This document shows, piece by piece, positions 55,211 to 64,000 of a DNA stretch of 64,000 nucleotides. The notes beneath the pieces are model-generated. The model ran no database searches and was not told the origin of the DNA. It saw only the letters and a program-made list of their open reading frames with translations. The position numbers and the translations under genes were made by a program. The stretch's first letter is position 1; each line of letters starts with the position of its first letter. This DNA comes from Escherichia coli. Its GTDB lineage: Bacteria > Pseudomonadota > Gammaproteobacteria > Enterobacterales > Enterobacteriaceae. The DNA lies in the NCBI RefSeq assembly GCF_001677475.2, contig NZ_CP015229.1; one strand, 5' to 3'.

Positions 55211-56197
55211 ATGATGAATAAACGTTTTGTTATCAATATGGTGTCTTCGCTGTTATTAGGCGCTGCGCTAATTTCTGCGCCGCTCCAGGCAGCGGAAAAA
55301 GTCGTGGTGAATATCTCTAAAGTCGATGGTATGCCGTGGTTTAATCGCATGGGCGAAGGTGTGGTCGAGGCGGGTAAAGCCTTTGGTGTTAATGCGTCAC
55401 AGGTGGGGCCTTCAAGTACTGATGCTCCGCAACAGGTTAAAATCATTGAGGATTTAATCGCCCGTAAGGTTAATGCAATTACTATTGTGCCAAACGATGC
55501 CAACGTGCTGGAACCGGTATTCAAAAAAGCGCGAGATGCCGGAATTGTGGTTCTGACCAACGAATCCCCCGGTCAGCCAAGTGCTAACTGGGATATCGAA
55601 ATCATTGATAACGAAAAATTTGCCGCTGAATATGTTGAGCATATGGCGAAACGCATGGGTGGCAAGGGCGGTTATGTGATTTACGTGGGTAGTTTGACCG
55701 TGCCGCAGCATAACTTATGGGCTGACTTGCTGGTGAAATACCAGAAAGAGCATTACCCGGATATGCATGAAGTTACCCGCCGCATGCCGGTTGCCGAGAG
55801 TGTGGATGACTCACGTCGTACCACACTGGACCTGATGAAAACCTATCCTGACTTGAAAGCGGTTGTCTCCTTTGGTTCAAACGGTCCGATTGGCGCGGGA
55901 CGTGCGGTGAAAGAGAAACGGGCGAAAAATAAAGTCGCAGTCTATGGCATGATGATCCCTTCACAGGCGGCATCACTGATTAAAAGTGGTGATATCACCG
56001 AAGGGATTACTTACGATCCGGCCTCTGCAGGTTACGCACTCGCAGCCGTCGCCAGCACGTTGCTGAAGGGTGAAGAGATCAAACCTGGATTAGAAATGCA
56101 GAATCTGGGTAAGGCCGACGTAGATATGGATAAGCGAATTATCCGTTTCCATAAGGTATTACTGGTCAACAAAGACAATATCGACTCACTTTATTAA
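55211..56197 (+). CDS. Periplasmic sugar-binding protein of an ABC transporter (LsrB/RbsB-like)
   Basis: ORF track 328 aa; signal peptide; C-terminus ...NKDNIDSLY resembles LsrB-type binding proteins. Confidence 0.75.
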   Translation: MMNKRFVINMVSSLLLGAALISAPLQAAEKVVVNISKVDGMPWFNRMGEGVVEAGKAFGVNASQVGPSSTDAPQQVKIIEDLIARKVNAITIVPNDANVLEPVFKKARDAGIVVLTNESPGQPSANWDIEIIDNEKFAAEYVEHMAKRMGGKGGYVIYVGSLTVPQHNLWADLLVKYQKEHYPDMHEVTRRMPVAESVDDSRRTTLDLMKTYPDLKAVVSFGSNGPIGAGRAVKEKRAKNKVAVYGMMIPSQAASLIKSGDITEGITYDPASAGYALAAVASTLLKGEEIKPGLEMQNLGKADVDMDKRIIRFHKVLLVNKDNIDSLY

Positions 56198-56245
56198 TCC
56201 ATTTCTTCGGGGCGAAAGCCCCGATTCTTATTGCCAGGGGATGTT

Positions 56246-57730
56246 ATGGAAACCTTCCTTTCCCTTCGTCATATCAACAAAACGTTTCATGCCACGCGAG
56301 CGCTGCGCGATGTTTCTCTCGACTTTATGTCGGGTGAAGTGCACTGCCTTGCCGGGCAAAACGGCTGTGGTAAATCGACGTTGATTAAAATTATGTCCGG
56401 TGTTTATCGCCCGGATGAGGGAGCGGAAATTACGCTTGGTGGAAAAAACTGGTCAAAGCTGACACCCGCCGCTTCGGTGGCGCAGGGGATTCAGGTGATT
56501 TATCAGGACCTCTCTTTATTTCCTAACCTGAGTGTCTGGGAGAATATCGCCGTGAATCACTATCACCACGGTCTGTTTGTTAACCGCCGTCGTCTGCGTG
56601 AGGTGGCGCAGGTGGCAATGACCAGTATTAACGTCACATTGCCACTGGATACGCTCGTTTCTGAGCTTTCAATTGCCCGCTGTCAGCTGGTGGCAATTTG
56701 CCGTGCACTGGCGCAGGACGCACGGTTGATCGTGATGGATGAACCAACCGCTTCGCTGACCCATCAGGAAGTGCAAGGGTTATTACAGGTGGTGCATCAA
56801 TTGCGGGAACGTGGGATCTGCGTGGTTTTCGTCAGTCATCGTCTGGAAGAAGTGATGGAAGTTTCCGACCGTATTTCAGTGCTGAAAGATGGTGAGCTGG
56901 TCGGGACTTTTCCGGCTGCAGAGATGACCACAAAACAACTCGGTTTCCTGATGACCGGCCAGGAGTTTGAATATCAGGTGCGAGAGTTGTGGCAGGGAAA
57001 ATCCAGCACCCCAGTGCTGGAGGTGCGTAATTTAAGTCGTCATGGGGAATATCAAAATATTAACTTGCGGGTGGAAGCGGGCGAAGTGGTGTCGATTGTT
57101 GGCCTGCTTGGTGCGGGGCGCACGGAATTATGTCTGAGTCTGTTTGGTATGACCCGACCGGATGCTGGCGAGATCCTCATCAACGGCCAGCCGGTTACAC
57201 TGCAAAGTAACCAGGACGCCATCCGCCACGGTATTGGTTATGTTTCGGAAGATCGCATGTCGCGCGGTTTGGTGATGGCGCAATCTATTGAAGACAACAT
57301 CATTAGCACTGTTTTTCACAAGGTAAAAGATCGCTTCGGCTTTCTGAGTGAAGCTAAAGTGCGAGACCTGGTGGACAGGCTAATCAAGGCATTGACCATC
57401 AAAGTCTCTGATCCTCATCTCCCGGTGAATACGCTTTCTGGTGGTAACGCGCAGCGAGTATCGATCGCCAAATGGCTGGCGATTGGGCCACGACTGTTGA
57501 TTCTCGATAGCCCGACAGTCGGTGTTGATATCGCCAACAAAGCAGGAATATACGGCATTATCAGCGATCTGGCGGCTCATGGCATTGCGGTATTGATGAT
57601 CTGCGATGAAATTGAAGAAGCGTGGTATCAAAGCCACCGGATTTTGGTAATGCAAAAAGGTCAGATCACCCATAGCTTCCTGCCTGACAGCAGTTCTCAG
57701 GCCAGGATTGCGGAGGTGGTAAATGGCTGA
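56246..57730 (+). CDS. Sugar ABC transporter ATPase with two nucleotide-binding domains (LsrA/RbsA-like)
   Basis: ORF track frame 56231..57730; Walker A GQNGCGKST and a second P-loop GLLGAGRTE; start at METFLSL preceded by AGGGG. Confidence 0.8.
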   Translation: METFLSLRHINKTFHATRALRDVSLDFMSGEVHCLAGQNGCGKSTLIKIMSGVYRPDEGAEITLGGKNWSKLTPAASVAQGIQVIYQDLSLFPNLSVWENIAVNHYHHGLFVNRRRLREVAQVAMTSINVTLPLDTLVSELSIARCQLVAICRALAQDARLIVMDEPTASLTHQEVQGLLQVVHQLRERGICVVFVSHRLEEVMEVSDRISVLKDGELVGTFPAAEMTTKQLGFLMTGQEFEYQVRELWQGKSSTPVLEVRNLSRHGEYQNINLRVEAGEVVSIVGLLGAGRTELCLSLFGMTRPDAGEILINGQPVTLQSNQDAIRHGIGYVSEDRMSRGLVMAQSIEDNIISTVFHKVKDRFGFLSEAKVRDLVDRLIKALTIKVSDPHLPVNTLSGGNAQRVSIAKWLAIGPRLLILDSPTVGVDIANKAGIYGIISDLAAHGIAVLMICDEIEEAWYQSHRILVMQKGQITHSFLPDSSSQARIAEVVNG

Positions 57731-58694
57731 ACTGAAAAAACGCCATGAATTCTGGCTGGCATTACTGATTGTGGTGCTGTTTGTTGGCCTTGCCTGGCGC
57801 AGCGACGAGTTTCTGACATTCGGTAATTTGTACGATCTCGCCAATAACTATGCCATGTTGACTATTCTCGCCTGTGGTTTGTTTGTGGTGTTAATTTCCG
57901 GTGGGATTGATATTTCGTTTCCGGCAATGACCATCATTGCGCAATACGGCATGGTGCTGTTGCTGCAAAAAATTGGTGGCAACTTTGCTGTCGCGTTTGC
58001 CCTGGCGGGCGGCATCGGCATTTTACTTGGCTTAATAAACGCCTTACTGGTTAATCGCCTACGGGTGCCGTCTATCATCATCACCATTTCGACGCTGAAT
58101 ATTTTCTATGGCCTGCTGTTATGGTTGAGTAAAGGTGTGTGGCTGTACGACTTTCCGCCGTGGTTTGAGCAGGGGGTAATGTTGTTCAAGTACACCGATG
58201 CTGACGGCTATGACTATGGCCTTGGTCTGCCGCTGATCGCCATGATTACGGTGGTGCTGCTGACAGCGTTTATCATGAATTTCACCAGTGTAGGGCGCAA
58301 AATTTATGCCCTTGGCGGGAATCGTGAATCAGCCAGTCGCATCGGCTTTAGTGTGCTGAAACTGCAACTTTTCGTCTACGGCTATATGGGATTGATGTCT
58401 GGTGCTGCGGGTGTAGTGCAGTCGTGGACGGTGATGACTGTCGCCCCCGATTCTCTTCTGGGTTATGAGCTGACAGTACTGGCTGCGGTGGTGCTTGGCG
58501 GCACTAGTTTGCTCGGCGGGCGCGGCACGTTAACCGGTACTTTGCTCGGCGTGGTGTTGTTGGCAGTGATGCAAAACGGGCTAAATTTATTGGGAGTCTC
58601 GTCTTACTGGCAAACATTGATCACAGGCATCATCATCGTTGCCAGCATTAGCGCCACGGCGTGGAGTCAGCATCAGAACCGGAGTCTGCTATGA
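57723..58694 (+). CDS. ABC transporter permease (RbsC/LsrC-like)
   Basis: ORF track 323 aa, polytopic membrane protein. Confidence 0.8.
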   Translation: MAELKKRHEFWLALLIVVLFVGLAWRSDEFLTFGNLYDLANNYAMLTILACGLFVVLISGGIDISFPAMTIIAQYGMVLLLQKIGGNFAVAFALAGGIGILLGLINALLVNRLRVPSIIITISTLNIFYGLLLWLSKGVWLYDFPPWFEQGVMLFKYTDADGYDYGLGLPLIAMITVVLLTAFIMNFTSVGRKIYALGGNRESASRIGFSVLKLQLFVYGYMGLMSGAAGVVQSWTVMTVAPDSLLGYELTVLAAVVLGGTSLLGGRGTLTGTLLGVVLLAVMQNGLNLLGVSSYWQTLITGIIIVASISATAWSQHQNRSLL

Positions 58695-59647
58695 AAAAAT
58701 CGTGGCGTAATAACGTTGAGTTTTACTTGATCGGCCTGCTGGTACTAACTGTTGCCGCCTTCAGCATTACTATGCCGGAGATTTTCTGGTCGATAAGTAA
58801 TTTCCAGTCCGTCGCTTCGCAAATGCCCGTGCTGGGCATTCTGGCGTTGGCTATGGCGGTGACCATGCTTTGCGGTGGCATTAACTTGTCAATTATTGCC
58901 ACTGCTAACGCCTGTTCACTGGTGATGGCGTGGGTGGCGACTCAGTATCCACCGGGTATTGCTACGGTTGTCGCTACGCTGCTGGCGGGCGCTGGCGCGG
59001 CGGTGATAATCGGTTTATGTAACGGCGTATTGATTGCTGGTATTCGAGTGTCGCCAATTCTTGCAACGCTTGGGATGATGACATTGCTCAAAGGGGTAAA
59101 TATTCTGGTGACAGGCGGTAGCGCCATTGCCAATTATCCCTCATGGGTGCTGTGGTTGAATCATGCACAGTGGTTCGGTATTCCGCTACCGATGTGGTTG
59201 TTTACCGCAGTGGCGCTGGGGCTGTGGATATTGCTGGAGAAAACGCCGCTCGGTAAAGCCATTTATCTGATTGGTTCTAACGAACGAGCAACACTTTACT
59301 CCGGTATTAACACTCGTCGGGTGCTGATATGGGTGTATGTCATTTCCGCCTTGCTTTGTGCGGTAGCGGCATTTTTGATGATGTCGAAACTCAACTCGGC
59401 TAAGGCCTCTTATGGCGAATCGTACTTGCTGGTGTCAATCCTCGCGGCAGTACTCGGCGGGGTTAATCCGGACGGCGGCAGCGGGCGGATAATTGGTATG
59501 GTGCTGGCGCTGTTTCTTCTGCAAATTATTGAAAGCGGCTTCAATATTCTCGGTATAAGCCCCTACCTGACGATGGCCTTATGGGGAACGTTGCTGCTCT
59601 GTTTCATTCAGGCTCGCGGCATGTTGGGGCTGGATCGGGTGGTTTAA
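58691..59647 (+). CDS. ABC transporter permease (RbsC/LsrD-like)
   Basis: ORF track frame 58661..59647; start at MKKSWRNNV overlapping the upstream stop (ATGA). Confidence 0.8.
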   Translation: MKKSWRNNVEFYLIGLLVLTVAAFSITMPEIFWSISNFQSVASQMPVLGILALAMAVTMLCGGINLSIIATANACSLVMAWVATQYPPGIATVVATLLAGAGAAVIIGLCNGVLIAGIRVSPILATLGMMTLLKGVNILVTGGSAIANYPSWVLWLNHAQWFGIPLPMWLFTAVALGLWILLEKTPLGKAIYLIGSNERATLYSGINTRRVLIWVYVISALLCAVAAFLMMSKLNSAKASYGESYLLVSILAAVLGGVNPDGGSGRIIGMVLALFLLQIIESGFNILGISPYLTMALWGTLLLCFIQARGMLGLDRVV

Positions 59648-59733
59648 ATATTGGCTATATTCAATGGACGCGTTTTGCCGCGATGACATATCAGGCATCG
59701 CCAAATACACATAGCTAATCAGGAGTAAACACA

Positions 59734-60783
59734 ATGAAGATCAAAGCTGTTGGTGCATATTCCGCTAAACAACCACTTGAACCGATGGATATCACCCGGC
59801 GTGAACCGGGACCGCATGATGTCAAAATCGAAATCGCTTACTGTGGCGTCTGCCATTCCGATATCCACCAGGTCCGTTCCGAGTGGGCGGGGACGGTTTA
59901 TCCCTGCGTGCCGGGCCATGAAATTGTAGGGCGCGTGGTAGCTGTTGGTGATCAGGTAGAAAAATATGCGCCGGGCGATCTGGTTGGTGTCGGCTGCATT
60001 GTCGATAGTTGTAAACATTGCGAAGAGTGTGAAGACGGGCTGGAAAACTACTGTGATCACATGACCGGCACCTATAACTCGCCGACGCCGGACGAACCGG
60101 GCCATACTCTGGGCGGCTACTCACAACAGATCGTCGTTCATGAGCGATATGTTCTGCGTATTCGTCACCCGCAAGAGCAGCTGGCGGCGGTGGCTCCTTT
60201 GTTGTGTGCAGGGATCACCACATACTCGCCGCTACGTCACTGGCAGGCCGGGCCGGGTAAAAAAGTGGGCGTGGTCGGCATCGGCGGTCTGGGACATATG
60301 GGGATTAAGCTGGCCCACGCGATGGGGGCGCATGTGGTGGCATTTACCACTTCTGAGGCAAAACGCGAAGCGGCAAAAGCCCTGGGGGCCGATGAAGTTG
60401 TTAACTCACGCAATGCCGATGAGATGGCGGCTCATCTCAAGAGTTTCGATTTCATTTTGAATACAGTAGCTGCGCCACATAATCTCGACGATTTTACCAC
60501 CTTGCTGAAGCGTGATGGCACCATGACGCTGGTTGGTGCGCCTGCGACACCGCATAAATCACCGGAAGTTTTCAACCTGATCATGAAACGCCGTGCGATA
60601 GCCGGTTCTATGATTGGCGGCATTCCAGAAACACAGGAGATGCTCGATTTTTGCGCCGAACATGGCATCGTGGCTGATATAGAGATGATTCGGGTCGATC
60701 AAATTAATGAAGCCTATGAGCGAATGCTGCGTGGTGATGTGAAATATCGTTTTGTTATCGATAATCGCACACTAACAGACTGA
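59734..60783 (+). CDS. yahK: Zn-dependent NADPH aldehyde reductase YahK
   Basis: ORF track 349 aa; GVCHSD zinc motif and GIGGLGH NAD(P)-binding motif. Confidence 0.9.
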   Translation: MKIKAVGAYSAKQPLEPMDITRREPGPHDVKIEIAYCGVCHSDIHQVRSEWAGTVYPCVPGHEIVGRVVAVGDQVEKYAPGDLVGVGCIVDSCKHCEECEDGLENYCDHMTGTYNSPTPDEPGHTLGGYSQQIVVHERYVLRIRHPQEQLAAVAPLLCAGITTYSPLRHWQAGPGKKVGVVGIGGLGHMGIKLAHAMGAHVVAFTTSEAKREAAKALGADEVVNSRNADEMAAHLKSFDFILNTVAAPHNLDDFTTLLKRDGTMTLVGAPATPHKSPEVFNLIMKRRAIAGSMIGGIPETQEMLDFCAEHGIVADIEMIRVDQINEAYERMLRGDVKYRFVIDNRTLTD

Positions 60784-61025
60784 AAAAATTAATAAATATC
60801 CTGTGGTTTAACATATTAATTTCGCTCTCCACTTAACTTTTTAGTTAAGGAGAGCGAAATAATATCAAAGTAGCAGTAAAACCTATAACGTAAATTCAAA
60901 TTGTTAAATTAACTCCCTCCAGGACACAATACTTCACACGTTAGTTATGAGCGATTTCTGATAGTGCTTGGTTTAATCAGAGCTTTATTATCTGCGACGT
61001 TTATTTTTATTTAAGAGAGATCGCG

Positions 61026-61841
61026 ATGATATCATTAAAAGCTCCGCACAATAATTTGATGCCATATACGCAACAAAGCATACTTAATACGGTTAAAAAC
61101 AATCAGTTACCAGAGGATATCAAAAGCTCCCTGGTTTCCTGTGTCGATATATTCAAGGTTTTGATTAAACAATATTATGATTATCCTTATGATTGTCGTG
61201 ATGATTTAGTCGATGATGACAAACTCATTCATCTCATGGCTGCCGTGCGAGACTGTGAGTGGTCAGACGATAACGCACTCACCATAAATGTGCAGTTTAA
61301 TGATTTCCCTGGGTTTTATGACTGGATGGATTACCCTGATCACCCGGTTAAGTTTGTTTTTCGCATACTTGAAAATCAAAAAGGGACAGTTTGGGTATAT
61401 GACCAGGATGATGCGTTTCTTGATATTAAAGCAAATGTGCAGGCTGGACGCTTTACCGGGCTTAAGAAATTAGTGCAGTTTATCGATTCAGTGCGAACAG
61501 ATTGCAAATGTATTCTTCTTGAACACCATATGCCTTTGCTGAGACTTTTCCCTAAAGGGAAAGAGTGTATGCATGTGGAAAAATGGCTTCGCGAAATGTC
61601 GTCTATTCCGGAGACCGACGCACCCATTAAGCAGGCGCTTGCGCATGGATTATTATTACACTTAAAAAATATCTACCCTGTTTTTCCTGAATCACTGGTG
61701 AGGTTATTGCTCTCTGTTCTGGACGTAAAAACATACAGAGATGATGCGCGATTAAATCAATGGATATCTAATAGAGTGCAGGAATTAGGTGACAGATATT
61801 ATCCTGTAAATAAGCACGTTAAAATCCGCTACACTCTTTAG
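61026..61841 (+). CDS. yahL: Uncharacterised protein YahL
   Basis: ORF track 271 aa; synteny. Confidence 0.7.
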   Translation: MISLKAPHNNLMPYTQQSILNTVKNNQLPEDIKSSLVSCVDIFKVLIKQYYDYPYDCRDDLVDDDKLIHLMAAVRDCEWSDDNALTINVQFNDFPGFYDWMDYPDHPVKFVFRILENQKGTVWVYDQDDAFLDIKANVQAGRFTGLKKLVQFIDSVRTDCKCILLEHHMPLLRLFPKGKECMHVEKWLREMSSIPETDAPIKQALAHGLLLHLKNIYPVFPESLVRLLLSVLDVKTYRDDARLNQWISNRVQELGDRYYPVNKHVKIRYTL

Positions 61842-62252
61842 TTCAGAAAGGGTTCCACCTGTAAGGCGTTATTACACCAGAGAGTGAATCGCAAAGCAGG
61901 TAATCATTTCATCTGTATATCCGTATGCCAAATGGCATTCCACCGCCTTTTTCGCCGATATTTTGTTGTGATCGGCGACGCTTCGCTTAAAAAAGCACCA
62001 GCAGTGGTTTCGCAGCTATGCGGTGTATAAAAAATGATCTCATGCAGATGTTTTGTGAATGTGTGGGTTGACATTCATATGAAAAAAATCATAATTCCAT
62101 CATGTTTGTGTGGGGTCTTTTCTGTACCTTACGCATCGCACTCAAGCCTGACAGAAAATATGCTGTAAGGCTCATATCAAAACCGCCATTAGCTCATCAG
62201 GAAGAGCAGACGACAACCAGGATTGTTGTATGGTACGGGGTTCGAGGCCTCG

Positions 62253-62498
62253 ATGGCGGTCCAACTTTTCAAAACTCTTCTGAATCAGATCCCCTTATTA
62301 TCATCCCTGCAAAGTGGAACATTGCCATTGTTTGGCTATTCAGGACGGGTCAGACCAATGAAAAAAGCCCACACAGGGGAGAGTGGGCTGAAATGGGAAG
62401 CTAAAGACTCAAGTAAACTTATCGGAAATAAGGACCACGCATTACGGGGGCTATCATCGCCGATGGCCGGGATTCGGCAAATCAGGTTGATTACGTAG
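62253..62498 (+). CDS. yahM: Small protein YahM
   Basis: ORF track frame 62223..62498; start at MAVQLFKTLLNQ (81 aa); low coding confidence. Confidence 0.45.
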   Translation: MAVQLFKTLLNQIPLLSSLQSGTLPLFGYSGRVRPMKKAHTGESGLKWEAKDSSKLIGNKDHALRGLSSPMAGIRQIRLIT

Positions 62499-62514
62499 AG
62501 AGTAAATTATCTGC

Positions 62515-63186
62515 TCACCGCTGCGTCACCCCTTCGTAAATCAAGCGTAGCGCGAATATACCAATAATTGCACCAATAACCCGACTGGCAACGCGTTGCA
62601 TACGCCCATAAGCACGACGCACTGCGGGCAAAGAAAACGCCTGACTAAGAAAAACTCGCCAGATAATTGATGCGAGCACAATCCCCGCCCAGGCCATTAA
62701 ACGTGCCCATGTTGGTGTTTCGGCATTTAATGTTACTGAGAAAATACTAATAAAAAATAAAACGGTTTGCGGGTTAGAGAGATCGGTAATTAATCCACGG
62801 CGAAAAAAGACATACCAGGGGGCGCTAATCGGTTGTTGTAGTGTGCTCATTTGCGGTGTTGACTGGCGGCGCATGCTGCACCACGCAAACCATAAGAGAT
62901 AAGCGCCGCCGACGATTCTGATAAGCGAAAAAATCTCCTCACACTGCGTAATTAGCGTTGCAAGACCAAACAAACCCAACCCGGAATAAAATGCATCGCC
63001 CAGCGCCACGCCCAGCCCGGTCAGCACCCCTGCGCGTCGACCGGAAGCCAGGCTGGTTTGTACTACCACAAAGAGATTGGCTCCCGGATTAAAAAAAGTA
63101 ATCACGAACAGTCCTACGGTCAGGTAAACGGCGTGCAAAGGATCCATAGTGATTTCATCCATAAATAAGTGAAGTAACTTCATCAT
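62515..63186 (-). CDS. yahN: LysE/RhtB-family amino-acid exporter YahN
   Basis: ORF track 223 aa, hydrophobic. Confidence 0.8.
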   Translation of the reverse strand: MMKLLHLFMDEITMDPLHAVYLTVGLFVITFFNPGANLFVVVQTSLASGRRAGVLTGLGVALGDAFYSGLGLFGLATLITQCEEIFSLIRIVGGAYLLWFAWCSMRRQSTPQMSTLQQPISAPWYVFFRRGLITDLSNPQTVLFFISIFSVTLNAETPTWARLMAWAGIVLASIIWRVFLSQAFSLPAVRRAYGRMQRVASRVIGAIIGIFALRLIYEGVTQR

Positions 63187-63332
63187 ATTTCTACCAAAAA
63201 TAATCGGGTGCGAGAGAGATCACAAAGTGTCTTATTTCCGGTTACTGGCGTTTATGCCCTGACTGAACTAATTATTAATCAACCCAATAATGTGGGTGGG
63301 TGATAGTGTGATAACAACTCTGGAGCCGTAAT

Positions 63333-63608
63333 ATGAAAATAATCTCTAAAATGTTAGTCGGTGCGTTAGCGTTTGCCGTTACCAATGTCTATGCCGCAGA
63401 ATTAATGACCAAAGCGGAATTTGAAAAAGTTGAATCGCAGTATGAAAAAATAGGTGATATTTCAACCAGTAATGAAATGTCGACTGCAGATGCAAAAGAA
63501 GATTTAATCAAAAAAGCCGATGAAAAAGGGGCTGATGTGTTGGTACTGACCTCTGGTCAAACTGACAATAAGATCCACGGCACGGCAAATATTTATAAGA
63601 AGAAGTAA
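63333..63608 (+). CDS. yahO: Periplasmic DUF1471 protein YahO
   Basis: ORF track 91 aa with signal peptide [21 protein letters not shown]. Confidence 0.8.
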   Translation: MKIISKMLVGALAFAVTNVYAAELMTKAEFEKVESQYEKIGDISTSNEMSTADAKEDLIKKADEKGADVLVLTSGQTDNKIHGTANIYKKK

Positions 63609-63708
63609 TTCTGAATCCTATGTAAACATCCCCGATGCGTAAGTTTATCGGTGATCATCATCTATTGAAATTTATGCCGGATAAAGCGTTCGCGCTGCAT
63701 TCGGCAGT

Positions 63709-64000
63709 TCAGCTTTTCAGCCGCCGCCAGAACGTCGTCCGGCTGATACCTAAATAATTCGCCGCTGCTGTTTTATCGCCATTAAATTTCTCCAGTGCCT
63801 GTTGTGGTGTCAGTAAGCGTGGAGCGGGAATTTTCGCCGACTCGCGCGCCAGTTCCGGCAGTAGCAGCTGCAAAAATTGCGGCGTTAAATCCGGCGTCGG
63901 TTCCACACTTAAAAACAGCGCCAGTCGCTCCATCATATTGCGCAGTTCTCGAATATTGCCCGGCCAGTCGTAGTGCACCAGCACGGTTTCGCTTGCCTGT
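63709..64000 (-). CDS. prpR: Sigma-54-dependent regulator PrpR, C-terminal end (gene continues past the 3' edge of the window)
   Basis: Translation ...HYDWPGNIRELRNMMERLALF... (AAA+ sigma-54 activator region) and C-terminal HTH ...AAANYLGISRTTFWRRLKS. Confidence 0.8.
   Translation of the reverse strand, partial: QASETVLVHYDWPGNIRELRNMMERLALFLSVEPTPDLTPQFLQLLLPELARESAKIPAPRLLTPQQALEKFNGDKTAAANYLGISRTTFWRRLKS

Noticed and set aside
62102-62404. 100-aa plus-strand ORF upstream of or overlapping yahM
   Set aside because: No family resemblance; overlaps the more plausible small yahM frame.

Overview
This window is an Escherichia coli chromosomal segment, syntenic with the K-12 pao–ecp–ykg–rcl–bet–yah–prpR region (about 0.3 Mb on the K-12 map) but clearly from a non-K-12 strain. 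Gene calls rest on the supplied ORF translations, which I recognise by family or by recalled E. coli protein sequence; no database search was possible, so all identities are from memory and all boundaries are from reading the sequence. Backbone, in order: paoCBA (paoC runs off the 5' edge), yagU, ykgJ, ecpEDCBA-ecpR (common pilus operon), ykgL, rpmJ2-rpmE2 with a perfect Zur-box palindrome, ykgR, a LysR regulator and an aldo-keto reductase, full-length eaeH/fdeC (1417 aa), full-length ykgA, a second aldo-keto reductase, rclCBA and rclR, ykgEFG, ykgH, betA-betB-betI-betT, an EhaA-like autotransporter, pdeL, yahBCDEFGIJ, a five-gene accessory insert (ASCH-like gene plus an LsrB/A/C/D-like ABC transporter), yahKLMNO, and the 3' end of prpR. 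Two insertion sequences are the most notable content. An IS110-family element (DEDD recombinase, the bridge/seek-RNA class) of about 1.38 kb splits betT exactly between codons 545 and 546, and its non-coding end carries short copies of the target flank and of the opposite junction. An IS1-family element (insA/insB with a conserved A6C frameshift motif, imperfect inverted repeats, 8-bp direct repeat) sits between rclA and rclB. Other points: ykgH appears locally frameshifted, a frameshifted OYE-type oxidoreductase remnant lies divergent from the LysR gene, and there are REP/BIME repeats and several hairpin terminators. I saw no rRNA, tRNA or CRISPR array. I found no convincing wholly novel system; the IS110 element and its candidate guide RNA are the best lead.
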